The notes under the pieces were generated by a model that made no database searches, was not told where the DNA came from, and saw only the letters and a program-made list of their open reading frames with translations. Made by a program: the position numbers and the translations under genes. A stretch of DNA of 64,000 nt from Cyclobacteriaceae bacterium (lineage in GTDB: Bacteria > Bacteroidota > Bacteroidia > Cytophagales > Cyclobacteriaceae): the NCBI GenBank assembly GCA_047632435.1, contig JBLICU010000005.1:15-64014 (forward strand), given 5' to 3'. The stretch's first letter is position 1. Every line of letters begins with the position of its first letter. This document shows, in pieces, positions 40,374 to 50,971 of the stretch.

Positions 40374-41309
40374 ATGTCACAAGGGATCAAATACACAGAT
40401 TTCGATTTCCCAAACCAAACTGGGAAATACATTGGAAAAGTACGAGACGTCTATTTTTTCGGGGATAAATTAGTTATGGTAGCCTCGGACAGGATTTCTG
40501 CTTTTGATGTGGTTTTGCCACGCCCTATTCCTTTCAAAGGACAAGTGCTCAACCAGATAGCAGCAGTTTTCCTGAACAAAACAAAAGACATTGTTCCAAA
40601 TTGGGTTTTGGATGTACCTGATCCGAATGTGACCATTGGTAAAAAATGTGAACCATATAAGGTTGAGATGGTCATCAGAGGATATCTTGCCGGTCATGCC
40701 TGGAGAGAATATCGTGAAGGAAAAAGAATCTTATGTGGCTGCCCGCTACCCGAGGGGCTCAAGGAAAATGACAAGCTCCCCACTCCTATCATCACCCCTA
40801 CTACCAAAGCCGATGAAGGTCATGATGAAGATATCTCCAAAGAAGAAATTTTGGCTCAGGGGATCGTGAGCAAGTCTGATTATGATCAGCTAGAGAAATA
40901 CACTCATGCTTTGTACCAAAGAGGTACGGAACTTGCAAAAGAGCAAGGATTAATTTTAGTTGATACCAAATATGAATTCGGTAATTTCGAAGGTGAGATT
41001 ACCCTGATTGATGAAGTGCATACCCCTGATTCCTCTCGCTACTTTTACGCTGAAGGATACGAGGAACGTCAACGATATGGCGAAACTCAGAAGCAACTCT
41101 CAAAAGAATTTGTAAGGCAATGGCTTATCAGTAATGGCTTTCAAGGAAAAGATGGCCAGACCGTACCGGAAATGACCGATGAATTCATCGCTTCGGTTTC
41201 GGCAAGATACATTGAACTTTATGAGAAGATTACTGGTCAGCCTTTCGTTAAAGACGAGAGTGCCGGCCTATTAACTAGAATAAAAAACAACATAGAAAAA
41301 ACAGTATAA
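40374..41309 (+). CDS. purC: Phosphoribosylaminoimidazolesuccinocarboxamide synthase
   Basis: [38 protein letters not shown] and SKEFVR. A TATCTTTG -7 element at 40360-40367 supports ATG 40374. Confidence 0.95.
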   Translation: MSQGIKYTDFDFPNQTGKYIGKVRDVYFFGDKLVMVASDRISAFDVVLPRPIPFKGQVLNQIAAVFLNKTKDIVPNWVLDVPDPNVTIGKKCEPYKVEMVIRGYLAGHAWREYREGKRILCGCPLPEGLKENDKLPTPIITPTTKADEGHDEDISKEEILAQGIVSKSDYDQLEKYTHALYQRGTELAKEQGLILVDTKYEFGNFEGEITLIDEVHTPDSSRYFYAEGYEERQRYGETQKQLSKEFVRQWLISNGFQGKDGQTVPEMTDEFIASVSARYIELYEKITGQPFVKDESAGLLTRIKNNIEKTV

Positions 41310-41310
41310 A

Positions 41311-41694
41311 ATGAAATTTTCAATAGACAGGCAAGACCAATATACCATAGTCACTATCAACGAGGAAAAACTTGACTCGACGGTGAGTCCAGAGGTGAAA
41401 TCCGAATTTGTAACACTTCAGGCAGAAGGCGTTCAGAACTTAATAGTGAATATGGAGCAGGTGAAATATTCAGATTCATCTGGCCTCAGTGCACTTTTGG
41501 TTGGTCATAGACTATTCCATGAAAATGGTTCATTCGTGATCTGCGATGTGAACGAGCATGTGACGAAGCTGATCAGCATAAGCCAACTAGATAAAGTGTT
41601 GGATATTCTCCCAACGATTGAAGAATCAATCGACACAGTTTATATGAACGCACTGAAAAGAGGATTGGAAGAAGAAGGCGGCACAGAAGACTAA
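41311..41694 (+). CDS. STAS-domain anti-sigma-factor antagonist
   Basis: V.YSDSSGLSALL motif with the phosphorylatable Ser. Confidence 0.88.
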   Translation: MKFSIDRQDQYTIVTINEEKLDSTVSPEVKSEFVTLQAEGVQNLIVNMEQVKYSDSSGLSALLVGHRLFHENGSFVICDVNEHVTKLISISQLDKVLDILPTIEESIDTVYMNALKRGLEEEGGTED

Positions 41695-41700
41695 TATAAA

Positions 41701-42615
41701 TTGGCCATAGAACTTCAAATACTAGGCTCCAATTCTGCTGCTTTCGCGCACAATCGCCATCAAACTTCACAGCTACTCAGGGTTCAGGATAAATATTTCC
41801 TGATTGACTGTGGAGAAGGTACGCAGTTGCTGCTTAAGAAGTACAAAATCAAATTATCACGAATCAACCATATTTTGATCTCCCACCTTCACGGAGATCA
41901 TTATTATGGACTGATTGGGTTGCTCTCCACTATTCATCTTTATGGCAGGCACACAGAGCTGATGATCATTGGCCCTCCTGGACTTTCGGATATATTGAGC
42001 TTACAGTTCAGATATTCTGAAACAAAATTGGGTTATGAAATCAATTTTGTGGAGTGGACACCAGAGCAGGAACAGGTTGTTTTTGAAGACGAAAAAATGA
42101 CTATCAAAACCATACCATTGAATCATAGAGTACCCTGTTCAGGATACCTTTTTACCGAAAAGACAAAAAGACGTGGGCTCAACCGAAAAATGATCACACA
42201 AAAACTCACGCCTGCGCAAGTAAATGATCTAAAAGATGGAAACGATTTATTTGATGATGAAGGAAATCTTTCGCTGAAAAATGAAGAAGTGACTTTTGAG
42301 GCCAAGAGGCCATTCACCTACGCCTACTGCTCAGATACCAAATACAAGCCTGAACTTTCCAAAAGACTTCAGGGTGTTGATATGGTTTATCATGAGGCGA
42401 CCTTTATGGACGACATGAATGATAGGGCTGAAAAAACTTATCATTCCACAGCAAGACAAGCTGCTGAATTTGCTAAAAACGCCAAAATAGGTCATCTACT
42501 GCTGGGTCATTTTTCTACCCGATACAAAGATCTTACACCTTTGCTAAAGGAAGCAAAATCCGTTTTTGAAAATTCCTCCCTGGCAATTGAAGGTGAAATT
42601 TTTCTGGTATCTTGA
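41701..42615 (+). CDS. rnz: Ribonuclease Z
   Basis: DCGEGTQ, SHLHGDH, HEATF, HST and LGHFS motifs. TTG start. Confidence 0.95.
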   Translation: MAIELQILGSNSAAFAHNRHQTSQLLRVQDKYFLIDCGEGTQLLLKKYKIKLSRINHILISHLHGDHYYGLIGLLSTIHLYGRHTELMIIGPPGLSDILSLQFRYSETKLGYEINFVEWTPEQEQVVFEDEKMTIKTIPLNHRVPCSGYLFTEKTKRRGLNRKMITQKLTPAQVNDLKDGNDLFDDEGNLSLKNEEVTFEAKRPFTYAYCSDTKYKPELSKRLQGVDMVYHEATFMDDMNDRAEKTYHSTARQAAEFAKNAKIGHLLLGHFSTRYKDLTPLLKEAKSVFENSSLAIEGEIFLVS

Positions 42616-42664
42616 AGTGACCATCAGGATTGATCAATCAATTTAGATCTGGATAAATTAAAAC

Positions 42665-43474
42665 GTGAAATTAGCCATGGGTACTAATAAGAAACATAAC
42701 CTATTTATTGCCCTTGCAGCAATATTTCTCACAAACGCGATTCTGGCAGAGATGATTGGTGTGAAAATATTTAGTGCAGAATCTACTTTCAACCTGCCTC
42801 CTGCCAACATCCCACTTTTCGGTGGTTCCGTACTTTCATTCAACCTTACTGCTGGGGTCATCATCTGGCCTGTAGTCTTCCTTACCACTGACATCATCAA
42901 TGAGTACTATGGCAAAAAAGGTGTTCGCAAACTTAGTTATATCGCCGCGGGTTGTATCGCCTATGCATTTATTGTGATTTACATCATTACCCTCCTTCCG
43001 CCAGCAAAATTTTGGACTGAGATCAACGGCACTGATCCAGATGGCAACTATTTCAATATGAATTTCGCTTTTAACAAGATCTTTTCTCAAGGTCTTGGAA
43101 TCATTGTTGGCTCACTCGTAGCATTTCTTTTGGGGCAATTTCTTGATGTATATATCTTTCAAAAGCTCAAGAAAATCACCGGATCTAAAATGATCTGGCT
43201 CAGGGCCACTGGCTCCACCCTAGTATCCCAATTCATTGATAGCTTCGTTGTACTTGGTATTGCCTTTTATGTTTTGGCACCAGAGAATAGCCGCTGGAGT
43301 CTTACCCAACTTGCTTCCGTTGGCATCATCAATTACATCTATAAGTTTTCGGTTGCGATACTGTTTACCCCGCTCATTTATCTTGGGCACAATATCATCG
43401 ATAAGTATTTAGGAAAATCTCTTTCTGATGCAATGACCAAGGAAGCATCTGAAGGCTCTGATGGATTTTTCTGA
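42665..43474 (+). CDS. yhhQ: Queuosine precursor transporter (VUT/YhhQ family)
   Basis: TDIINEYYGK, GSLVAFLLGQFLD and RATGSTLVSQFIDS. Alternative ATG at 42677. Confidence 0.88.
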   Translation: MKLAMGTNKKHNLFIALAAIFLTNAILAEMIGVKIFSAESTFNLPPANIPLFGGSVLSFNLTAGVIIWPVVFLTTDIINEYYGKKGVRKLSYIAAGCIAYAFIVIYIITLLPPAKFWTEINGTDPDGNYFNMNFAFNKIFSQGLGIIVGSLVAFLLGQFLDVYIFQKLKKITGSKMIWLRATGSTLVSQFIDSFVVLGIAFYVLAPENSRWSLTQLASVGIINYIYKFSVAILFTPLIYLGHNIIDKYLGKSLSDAMTKEASEGSDGFF

Positions 43475-43505
43475 ACCCTTTATTATCACACCACAATACA
43501 AACTT

Positions 43506-43823
43506 TCAATTTTTAAAGGTCCGGCTCAATCGAAACTCGATCAGGATGAAAAGTAAGATAAAATAAATGATGAGTGAAAAGGCATGTTCGAATCCTGAAA
43601 AGTCGTTGCTCAAATTTTCGAAGAAATTGAGAAACACAAAATAAAAAATACCTGCTAAAAACATTCCAATCCCGTAGTAGGTATTGGCATAAGCAAACCT
43701 TAGATGCGTTTTTATAGCTCTTGGGGATCGATAACCAAAAATCCAGTTTCGGTTATTTCTCAATAAAAAATTAAGAATGCCAACAATAATGAATATAATT
43801 GAGACCTTGTATTCAATGGGCAT
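43506..43823 (-). CDS. SdpI/YhfL-like small membrane protein
   Basis: NWIFGYRSPRA...YANTYYG matches the SdpI-type GxRT motif. Three TM segments. AT-rich. Confidence 0.65.
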   Translation of the reverse strand: MPIEYKVSIIFIIVGILNFLLRNNRNWIFGYRSPRAIKTHLRFAYANTYYGIGMFLAGIFYFVFLNFFENLSNDFSGFEHAFSLIIYFILLFILIEFRLSRTFKN

Positions 43824-43909
43824 AAATGGTTATTGATATTTGACCTAAATTTAGAATTATAGCCTCCCATTTCCAATGCAGATTATTAATGATACAAAAA
43901 AAATAGTCT

Positions 43910-44575
43910 TTATTGAGACATTATAGCCCCGTCTTCAAGTTGTATGATTCTGCTGCCATATTCTGCGAATTTTTCATTGTGTGTCACTTGAATGATCGCC
44001 ATACCATCCTTGTTGAGTTGCTTTAGCAAACTCATCACCTCTTCACCTTGACTGCTGTGGAGATTACCAGTTGGCTCGTCAGCAAGTAACAATTTGGGCT
44101 TGCCAATGATGGCTCTGGCTACACCCACAAGTTGCTGCTGACCTCCGGATAGCTGTTCAGGAAAAAGATCTTTCTTGGCCACAATACTGAATCTATCCAA
44201 TATTTCTGCTACCATGGATTCACGTTCTTTTCTTTTCACTCCACGATACAACAATGGTGTTTCTATGTTTTCGTATACAGTGAGCTCATCTATGAGATGA
44301 TATGCCTGAAAAATGAACCCTATATGTTCCTTATGTATTTGTGAAGTCTTGCGCTCGTTGAATTTGTGTACCGGTTCATCCAGAAAATAATACTCTCCCT
44401 GAGACGCCTTATCCAACATCCCGATAATATTCATCAATGTAGATTTACCCGATCCACTTGGCCCCATAATACTGACAAATTCGCCGGCATTGATTTCCAG
44501 GTTTATACTCTTCAAAATAAAAGTACGGGCGTATCGCGACTCTATGAATTTATCAACATCGTTTAGTTTAATCAT
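43910..44575 (-). CDS. ABC transporter ATP-binding protein (LolD/MacB-type), no adjacent permease
   Basis: GPSGSGKS, LSGGQQQ, LLADEPTGNL and VTH. ATG at 44575. Confidence 0.92.
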   Translation of the reverse strand: MIKLNDVDKFIESRYARTFILKSINLEINAGEFVSIMGPSGSGKSTLMNIIGMLDKASQGEYYFLDEPVHKFNERKTSQIHKEHIGFIFQAYHLIDELTVYENIETPLLYRGVKRKERESMVAEILDRFSIVAKKDLFPEQLSGGQQQLVGVARAIIGKPKLLLADEPTGNLHSSQGEEVMSLLKQLNKDGMAIIQVTHNEKFAEYGSRIIQLEDGAIMSQ

Positions 44576-44598
44576 TATATCAATTTTGTATTTGCATG

Positions 44599-44613
44599 GC
44601 AAATGTGATACCA
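44599..44613 (-). promoter_or_regulatory. sigma54-type -24/-12 promoter
   Basis: TGGTATCACATTTGC on the minus strand has GG-N10-GC spacing, 23 nt upstream of the ATG at 44575. Palindrome CGTTC-N6-GAACG at 44688-44703 is a candidate enhancer-binding site. Confidence 0.6.
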
Positions 44614-44729
44614 GCTTTATAACAATCTGTATATCTGTATTTTACTAAAATATAACAATAAATAGGTAGTCAATATAGGACACTTATCGTTCAAATCCGA
44701 ACGTTAATTAGGTCTTTTAATAAGATAAA

Positions 44730-45968
44730 TTATGGTGATACCGCCTGCATCAATAAACCACATAAATAAGCACCATATGTGCCCAGCACATAACCAAAAA
44801 CCGCTAGTAAAACCCCTACAGGTGCCAAAGAAGGATGAAAAGCCGCTGCGATAATCGGTGCAGAGGCAGCACCACCTACATTGGCAGTACTACCAATGCC
44901 AACAAAAAAATAAGGCGCTTTGATCAGTTTTGCGACAATGATCAGCAACAAAATATGAAAGAGCATCCAGGTAATTCCAACCAAAAACAACCCTGGGTTT
45001 TCGAAAATAGATAGGATGTTCATATTCATTCCAATGACTGCAACCAAAACATACAAAAAGGCACTCCCAATTCTAGATGCGCCGGCACCTTCCAAAGATC
45101 TGGCCCTGGTAAATGAAAGGGCAACACCAAGGGAAGTAGCGATAACAACTAACCAGAAAAACCCAGATGTCAGACTGTATTCAGCTAAAATCGGAAAATT
45201 GGTTTCCAAAAATGGTGCGATCCAATCACTCATAAAGTGAGCCAATCCGGTACAGCCAAAAGCCACCATCAAAATTTTCATAATGTCCGTTAATGTGGGC
45301 ATTCTAGCAATACTGCGCTGATAGGTATCCATTTTCAGCTTCAGTGATTCAATTGCTGAAGTATCTGCTTTCAATTTGTGATCCAGGTATTTTGAGAAGC
45401 CAACTCCAGCGAGCAAGACACCCAACCAGGTATTACCAACGATGATATCCACAGCGACCATTTTCGAAAAGAGATCTCCATTCACCTCAAAAACTTCTTT
45501 CATGGCAGCCTGATTTGCTCCTCCTCCGATCCACGAACCAGCTATGGTGGTCATACCACGCCATACTTCATTTGGTGGTGCGGCGGTGACTACCTCAGGC
45601 GCAATTACAGAAAATATCAAAATGGCAATTGGCCCCCCAAGAACAATCCCGATAGTGCCTGTAAGAAACATGATCAAGGCTTTGGGTCCTAGCTTGATTA
45701 TTTCTTTTAAATCCACACTGAGAGTAAAAAGCACCAAACTAGCTGGTAATAAATATCTGGAAGCAACGAAATAAAGCTTGGATTTTGAGGGATCAATTAG
45801 GCCGAATGTTGGAAGCAGAGATGGGAGGAAGTAGCACATAAGCAAGGCCGGAACCACCCCATAAAACTTCTTCCAAAATTTATTTTCGCTACTGGAAGTA
45901 ATGAAAACAAAGCCAAGTATGACCATCAAAAATCCAAGAATTACAGCATCATTACTTATTTCACCCAT
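44730..45968 (-). CDS. DUF819 family membrane protein
   Basis: GSWIGGGANQAAM and GSTANVGGAASAP motifs. About 11 TM segments. Confidence 0.88.
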   Translation of the reverse strand: MGEISNDAVILGFLMVILGFVFITSSSENKFWKKFYGVVPALLMCYFLPSLLPTFGLIDPSKSKLYFVASRYLLPASLVLFTLSVDLKEIIKLGPKALIMFLTGTIGIVLGGPIAILIFSVIAPEVVTAAPPNEVWRGMTTIAGSWIGGGANQAAMKEVFEVNGDLFSKMVAVDIIVGNTWLGVLLAGVGFSKYLDHKLKADTSAIESLKLKMDTYQRSIARMPTLTDIMKILMVAFGCTGLAHFMSDWIAPFLETNFPILAEYSLTSGFFWLVVIATSLGVALSFTRARSLEGAGASRIGSAFLYVLVAVIGMNMNILSIFENPGLFLVGITWMLFHILLLIIVAKLIKAPYFFVGIGSTANVGGAASAPIIAAAFHPSLAPVGVLLAVFGYVLGTYGAYLCGLLMQAVSP

Positions 45969-46599
45969 TATTTAATTCGTTTATAATATCAACCAACTCA
46001 CTGAGCATCATGGCCGTAGCACCCCATACAACTCTATTTTCTAATTCAAAATAAGGAGACCACAATCGGTATCCACTTGCCGCTGTGATTTCTTTTTCTT
46101 TCAATAGCCCTCTATCTAAAAGTTGATTCAATGGCACTTCGATCACTTCATCCACCTCCCTTGGATCAGGAATAAAGTGAGGAATCTCTGGATACACCCC
46201 GATCACAGGTAACACCATGTAATTGCTGACAGCCACAAAAAACTCACTCAATGCACCAACAATCTGCACTTTGTGTTGCTCGATCCCTATTTCCTCAAAA
46301 CTCTCACGAAGCGCAGTTTCATATTGATCGGAATCCGATTCTTCCATTCCACCACCCGGAAAAGCCACTTGCCCGCTGTGTATCCCATCATACATGGGCC
46401 GCTGTATCAATGGAAAATACCACTGATTATCTTTCTGATAAAACAAGATTAACACACCTCCTTTGCGAGCATTGGTGGAATCTGTTGACCGAAAGTTGAT
46501 ACCAGAAGGAAGAATGGGTTTCATTTTCATGTGAGCCCCTGCGCCAGGAAGAGGCTTTTTCAATCTATTTTCCAACATTGAGATAAAATCATTCGCCAT
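45961..46599 (-). CDS. CoA pyrophosphatase, Nudix family
   Basis: HSGQVAFPGG, Nudix box TALRESFEEIG and VWGATA. Confidence 0.9.
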   Translation of the reverse strand: MANDFISMLENRLKKPLPGAGAHMKMKPILPSGINFRSTDSTNARKGGVLILFYQKDNQWYFPLIQRPMYDGIHSGQVAFPGGGMEESDSDQYETALRESFEEIGIEQHKVQIVGALSEFFVAVSNYMVLPVIGVYPEIPHFIPDPREVDEVIEVPLNQLLDRGLLKEKEITAASGYRLWSPYFELENRVVWGATAMMLSELVDIINELNNG

Positions 46600-46663
46600 A
46601 GGTTTCAAAAATATCTATAATTTTTCAAAGTAATATTTGATAACTTGACAGAATAGATAAAGA

Positions 46664-47371
46664 ATGGAAGATATCCCTCATTACGTCAGTATCATTTTCA
46701 TAAGCTGCATAGTTTCTGCTTTTTCATTTCTTTATTATGCTGTGAAGCAGTCTGACAAAAAGAGCAACTTACCTACGATCGTACTAACATTGGTATGTGT
46801 TTGGTTATTTATCATGGCACTAGCCACTTTCAATAAGTTTTTCCTTGATTTTGAATCAAAGCCGCCAAGATTGATGATTTTCGGGTTTATAAATCTAATC
46901 ATCATGATTGGCCTTTTTTCGTATAAGCGAACCCGTGATTATATCGGACGGATGCCGATTACCACGCTTACCCATATTCACATTATCCGGGTACCTGTAG
47001 AAATGGTATTGTGGTGGCTATTTCTAAGTAACATGGTTCCAGAGGCTTTAACTTTTGAAGGGGCTAATTATGATATTTTGTCAGGAATAACAGCACCTTT
47101 TGCAGGTATCTTTCTGGTAGGCCTCAGAAGTAAAAGCAAATTTGCTGCTATCGTTTGGAATCTCGTGACGCTAGGGCTTTTGATCAATATTGTAATCCGA
47201 GCCATCATGGCAACCCCCTATTTCTACGATGTATTAGTTTTTGAGCAACCCAACATTGCTATTTTCTATTTCCCGTATATTTATCTGCCTTTATTCGTTG
47301 TTCCAGTGGTTTTGTTTGCACATCTGGCTTCTCTTTATCAGCTTATATTTTTACCTGAAGATCGCTCCTAG
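46664..47371 (+). CDS. Conserved membrane protein of unknown function
   Basis: 235 aa with about 7 TM segments. HIIRVPVE, G.NYDILSG and FPYIYLP conserved-looking motifs. Confidence 0.75.
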   Translation: MEDIPHYVSIIFISCIVSAFSFLYYAVKQSDKKSNLPTIVLTLVCVWLFIMALATFNKFFLDFESKPPRLMIFGFINLIIMIGLFSYKRTRDYIGRMPITTLTHIHIIRVPVEMVLWWLFLSNMVPEALTFEGANYDILSGITAPFAGIFLVGLRSKSKFAAIVWNLVTLGLLINIVIRAIMATPYFYDVLVFEQPNIAIFYFPYIYLPLFVVPVVLFAHLASLYQLIFLPEDRS

Positions 47372-47661
47372 TCCGGCTCTTGGTTATTAGATCAAATAAG
47401 TTGTTGAGTTAATCAGCCTCTATTTGTTAGGATAGAGAAATGGGTAAGTCTTTTTGTAAAATTCAGATTCAAAATCTTAATGTAGTTAAATTTTTGACAT
47501 GATTTTTGACTGTAAAAGGCAAAACAAAACACCAAAACCTGCCAAATTATACCTTTTATAACCACGGGTTTAAATCGGTTGCTATAAAATTGAAGAACAC
47601 ACAGCACTGGGAACCAACTTTCGCTACCTGAGTTATTACAGCTCTTTTTTAAATTTCAATG

Positions 47662-48678
47662 CTAGCGACAATTCGCTTGGTATAAATTAATGGATCGTTT
47701 TTCATTCAAAGCCACTCCTTGTTTCCAGGCATTGCAGGCATTTTCCATATCTCCTTTTCCCATAAATGCTTCTCCCAGATAGGAGTAAATTTCATCGATA
47801 AATTTGTTTCGTTTCAAGGCATCATTCATCAATTTAATTGCTTCATTATAGTTCTTCTGGCTGAGGTGATAAATTCCCTTATTTCTAAATGCCCATGCGT
47901 TTTTAGGATCAAGAAGAATGCTTTTGTTGATGTCCTTGAGTGCTTTTTCATAGTCTTTCATTTCCAGATAAACTTGTCCTCTATTATTTAGAAAATAGGG
48001 TTCCTGAGGCACTATATTCAAGGCCTGATTAATGGTGATCAGCGCATTTTGGTAATCACTTTCAGCCAAATAGATCTGGCTCAAGGTATTGTATACGTTA
48101 GGCTCATTGGGTTGTCTTTTTAATATGTATCTCAGCCAAAATCTGGATGAATCAACTTGATTCTGATAGAAATAAAGTGTGGCTAGATTCACATAAGCAT
48201 CCATATTGGAAGTATCCAGGTTGATGGCTTTTTGAAATTGCCGAATCCCTGATTTGTATTGTCTGTCGGTGGTTAGAAGTAAACCTTTATAGAAATATAT
48301 GTATGCTGAATCGGGGAAAATGCCTTCCAGAAAACTCACGTCTTCCAATGCATTAGAAATTTTCCCTATGTTTTCATAGGCATAGGCACGATTGAATATG
48401 GCTTCATAATAATCCGGGTTGATTGCTATTGCCTGATTATAATCTTGAATGGCTTCATAAGAATGACCATCTTCAATTCTAGCCACACCTCTGTTGTTAT
48501 ATGCACTTGCAAAATTTGGATCATTTTCCAATGATTTGGTATAGAAATCAACCGCTTGATCAAAATCCTGATGTGCCAGGGATTCGTTTCCTTGAAGGAA
48601 AAACCGATCGCGTTTGGTCTCTTTTCCAGTAGAACAACCCAAAATCAAAACAGGAACGAAGAGATAAATTAGTTTCAT
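47662..48678 (-). CDS. TPR-repeat lipoprotein
   Basis: LILGC lipobox after ATG 48678 and many TPRs (AYNNRG, FLNNRG). The ORF track start at 48750 is probably too long. Confidence 0.85.
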   Translation of the reverse strand: MKLIYLFVPVLILGCSTGKETKRDRFFLQGNESLAHQDFDQAVDFYTKSLENDPNFASAYNNRGVARIEDGHSYEAIQDYNQAIAINPDYYEAIFNRAYAYENIGKISNALEDVSFLEGIFPDSAYIYFYKGLLLTTDRQYKSGIRQFQKAINLDTSNMDAYVNLATLYFYQNQVDSSRFWLRYILKRQPNEPNVYNTLSQIYLAESDYQNALITINQALNIVPQEPYFLNNRGQVYLEMKDYEKALKDINKSILLDPKNAWAFRNKGIYHLSQKNYNEAIKLMNDALKRNKFIDEIYSYLGEAFMGKGDMENACNAWKQGVALNEKRSINLYQANCR

Positions 48679-48752
48679 ACCGCAAATAAAACATACCTGC
48701 AATAGGATATCCGAGATAAGCCTCGAAATTATCAATATTACCCGATTCAAAT

Positions 48753-48784
48753 AAAAAAAGCTGCCCCGTTTGCACCGGACAGCT
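48753..48784 (-). terminator. Rho-independent terminator downstream of the DUF2807 gene
   Basis: AGCTGTCCGG-TGCAAA-CGGGGCAGCT followed by a T-tract on the minus strand. Confidence 0.6.
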
Positions 48785-48806
48785 TCAAATTCAATTTAGA
48801 TATTTC

Positions 48807-49550
48807 TTAATGTTTACGTACCGAGCCGCCACTGCTCGACTCCTTGTCTGTGTATTGCGGATTTCCTTCATATGAAATTGATCCCCCACTGCTAGCTCTA
48901 GCAACAATCTCCTTAGTAACAGTAAGATTTATGGAGCCCCCACTACTTGCTCTAAGGTTGGCAGACTCACTGATCAGATCATATCCGGAAAAATCCCCTG
49001 AGCTACTCACCTGCACCTCTATTTCACGAACTTTCCCTTCAATTTCAATTTCGCCAGCGCTTGATGCTGATGCCTCAATCTCCATGGCTTCAATGTTGGC
49101 TTCAATGTTACCAGCACTCGAGGCTTCCAATTCGACTGAATTGGCTTTCAAATCTATCTCAACTTCTCCTGCGCTACTCACATCTATTTCGAATGTGCAA
49201 TCGCAGGAAACATCGTCCCTTACTTGTATGGAACCAGCGGATGATGCTTTCAATCCTTCGAGTTTTCGATAGGTGACATACACTTTCACATCCACATTTC
49301 TAAAATTGTTTCCGTCAAGTGAAATATCAAGTTCTCCACTGCCATCTACATCCGTGAGGACATCTTCAAGATCAAGATTGCCACTGACAACTATCCTTGC
49401 CGATTCAGTTGAGCCTTCGCTTAAATAAGTATTGATTCCCTGCGATACAGAAACTGTTTTAAATGCTTTTAGATTTCTTGTTTCTGTATTTTGAGCTGCG
49501 AGCTGCGAGCCTACAAATAGGAAAAGGAAGAGTATTGTATTTCTGTTCAT
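48807..49550 (-). CDS. DUF2807 / head GIN domain protein
   Basis: Signal peptide and repeated ASSAG.I beta-solenoid rungs ending ASSGGSI.Y.GNP. Confidence 0.88.
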   Translation of the reverse strand: MNRNTILFLFLFVGSQLAAQNTETRNLKAFKTVSVSQGINTYLSEGSTESARIVVSGNLDLEDVLTDVDGSGELDISLDGNNFRNVDVKVYVTYRKLEGLKASSAGSIQVRDDVSCDCTFEIDVSSAGEVEIDLKANSVELEASSAGNIEANIEAMEIEASASSAGEIEIEGKVREIEVQVSSSGDFSGYDLISESANLRASSGGSINLTVTKEIVARASSGGSISYEGNPQYTDKESSSGGSVRKH

Positions 49551-49598
49551 CGTATTGTTTTTATTTCAAAGACGATACGAATTCACAGGGGTTGCATT

Positions 49599-50129
49599 TT
49601 AAAGCGCCGATTTAAAATTTTTCTGATAATCCGGCCAGGAAGTCTTTTTAAAGGCATCTTCCCCAAAGTAGGTTATGATAGGTTCAATAGACGCTGCATT
49701 CATATATCCAGGAATCGGTTGGATAATTTGTAGCTCTTCATTCATAAAAACAGTGGTTGGGTAACTGAGCTTATTGTTTGTAAGCGCAGCGGCCAACTCA
49801 TGAACTCCTCTGCTTCCATTTGCCTGAAACTTAAAAGTATGCCCATCAAAATCAACGTTAGTTTTTTGTTCTGCATTGAACTTTACAGCATAATAATTAT
49901 CGTTAATGTATTTGGCCAATGTTTGATTTTCATAGGCGTCTTTATCCATTTTCTTACACCAACCGCACCAATCAGTATAAATGTCAATTAAGATTTTTCG
50001 TGGTTCCTTTTTAGATCTTTCCATCGCCTCTTCGAACGTAATCCATTGGACATGTTCCTGAGCATTGACCTGATTTGCGCCTATTAAAAGGAAAAAAGAA
50101 AAACTTAGTAGCACCAATCTCATTTTCAT
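49599..50129 (-). CDS. Periplasmic thioredoxin-family protein (DUF255-like)
   Basis: Signal peptide, YTDWCGWCKKMD (CxxC) and YPTTVF (cis-Pro). Confidence 0.9.
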   Translation of the reverse strand: MKMRLVLLSFSFFLLIGANQVNAQEHVQWITFEEAMERSKKEPRKILIDIYTDWCGWCKKMDKDAYENQTLAKYINDNYYAVKFNAEQKTNVDFDGHTFKFQANGSRGVHELAAALTNNKLSYPTTVFMNEELQIIQPIPGYMNAASIEPIITYFGEDAFKKTSWPDYQKNFKSAL

Positions 50130-50186
50130 TTTGCTAAAATAATTATTTCTCTTTGAACGACGAAGAAGTGTTTTTGGTTCGCTTAG

Positions 50187-50227
50187 AAAAACAAAAGGCC
50201 ATTCTCATGAATAGCCTTTTGTTTTTT
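50187..50227. terminator. Bidirectional terminator-like hairpin
   Basis: AAAAACAAAAGGC...GCCTTTTGTTTTT with A/T tracts on both sides. Confidence 0.65.
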
Positions 50228-50392
50228 ATGTTACGCCAAACTAACATCCGTAAGCTTGACTTTCTAATCATTCATGAAAGTAACTGTTCAAGTCTAGTGT
50301 GCTGATTTGTAAAAAAACTTACTTATTACTAAAGCCTTACAATCTGATATTAAAGTATTTGTAGATAACAACTAAGTACACTTAATAAACAA

Positions 50393-50704
50393 TCATTTTA
50401 TTAGTTCCATAGCAGCAAATTCTGCTGCTTTAGAAGTTGATTCTTCTTCAATGTCAAAATCGTCCTGAAGCCCAAGCCAGAATTTAGGTGTAGTTCCAAA
50501 ATATTGACTCAATCTGATTGCCGTGTCAGTAGTCATTCGCCTATTTTTTTTCAATATTTGACTTATTCTTGTTTGGGCAATTCCAATACCCTTTGAAAGC
50601 CTGTATGCCGTAATTCCCAAAGGCTTTAGGAATTCTTCAAAGAGAACCTCACCAAGGTGTACGTTCGGAAGTTTTTCTATATCATTCGATTTAGTGATAA
50701 TCAA
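50393..50704 (-). CDS. higA: HigA-family antitoxin (HTH), possibly degenerating
   Basis: H[L]GEVLFEEFLKPLGITAYRL...TAIRLSQYFGTTPKFWLGLQ. The usual start position reads ATA (50680), so the upstream ATG at 50704 would be needed. Confidence 0.8.
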   Translation of the reverse strand: MIITKSNDIEKLPNVHLGEVLFEEFLKPLGITAYRLSKGIGIAQTRISQILKKNRRMTTDTAIRLSQYFGTTPKFWLGLQDDFDIEEESTSKAAEFAAMELIK

Positions 50705-50971
50705 TCATTTCTACATCGTTAGCATTTCCATCAACCCAAATGAAAATAATTCGCCACAGATCGTTAATTCGAATGCTATAATAGTCTTTTAAGTTTTCAA
50801 TTAATTTTTCAAGTCTGTTGGAAGGAGGAATTCTTAAATCTGTAATGTTCTGTGAATTATGAAGCATTCTCAACTTTCTTCGAGCAACTGTTTGAATTTC
50901 GATAGGCCACTTTCTTACCCGTTCTCCAATCCAAATTTTTTCAGGTTCCTTCGATCAAAAGATAAAATCAT
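50691..50971 (-). pseudogene. higB: Frameshifted HigB (RelE/ParE family) toxin
   Basis: ATG 50971 gives MILSFDRRNLKKFGLENG*. The shifted frame continues SKEPEKIW...RRKLRMLHN...PPSNRLEKL...YSIRIND.WRI. Gene span is 281 nt, one short of a whole number of codons. Confidence 0.85.

Noticed and set aside
40374-43474. purC-STAS-rnz-yhhQ cluster as a novel system
   Set aside because: Looks like ordinary core-genome gene order, with nothing in the sequence suggesting a special function.
47413-47660. Riboswitch or small ORF downstream of the TPR gene (GAGCTGTAA resembles part of a cobalamin riboswitch)
   Set aside because: The other conserved riboswitch elements are absent, the position is 3' of a gene, and the 64-aa ORF has no credible features.
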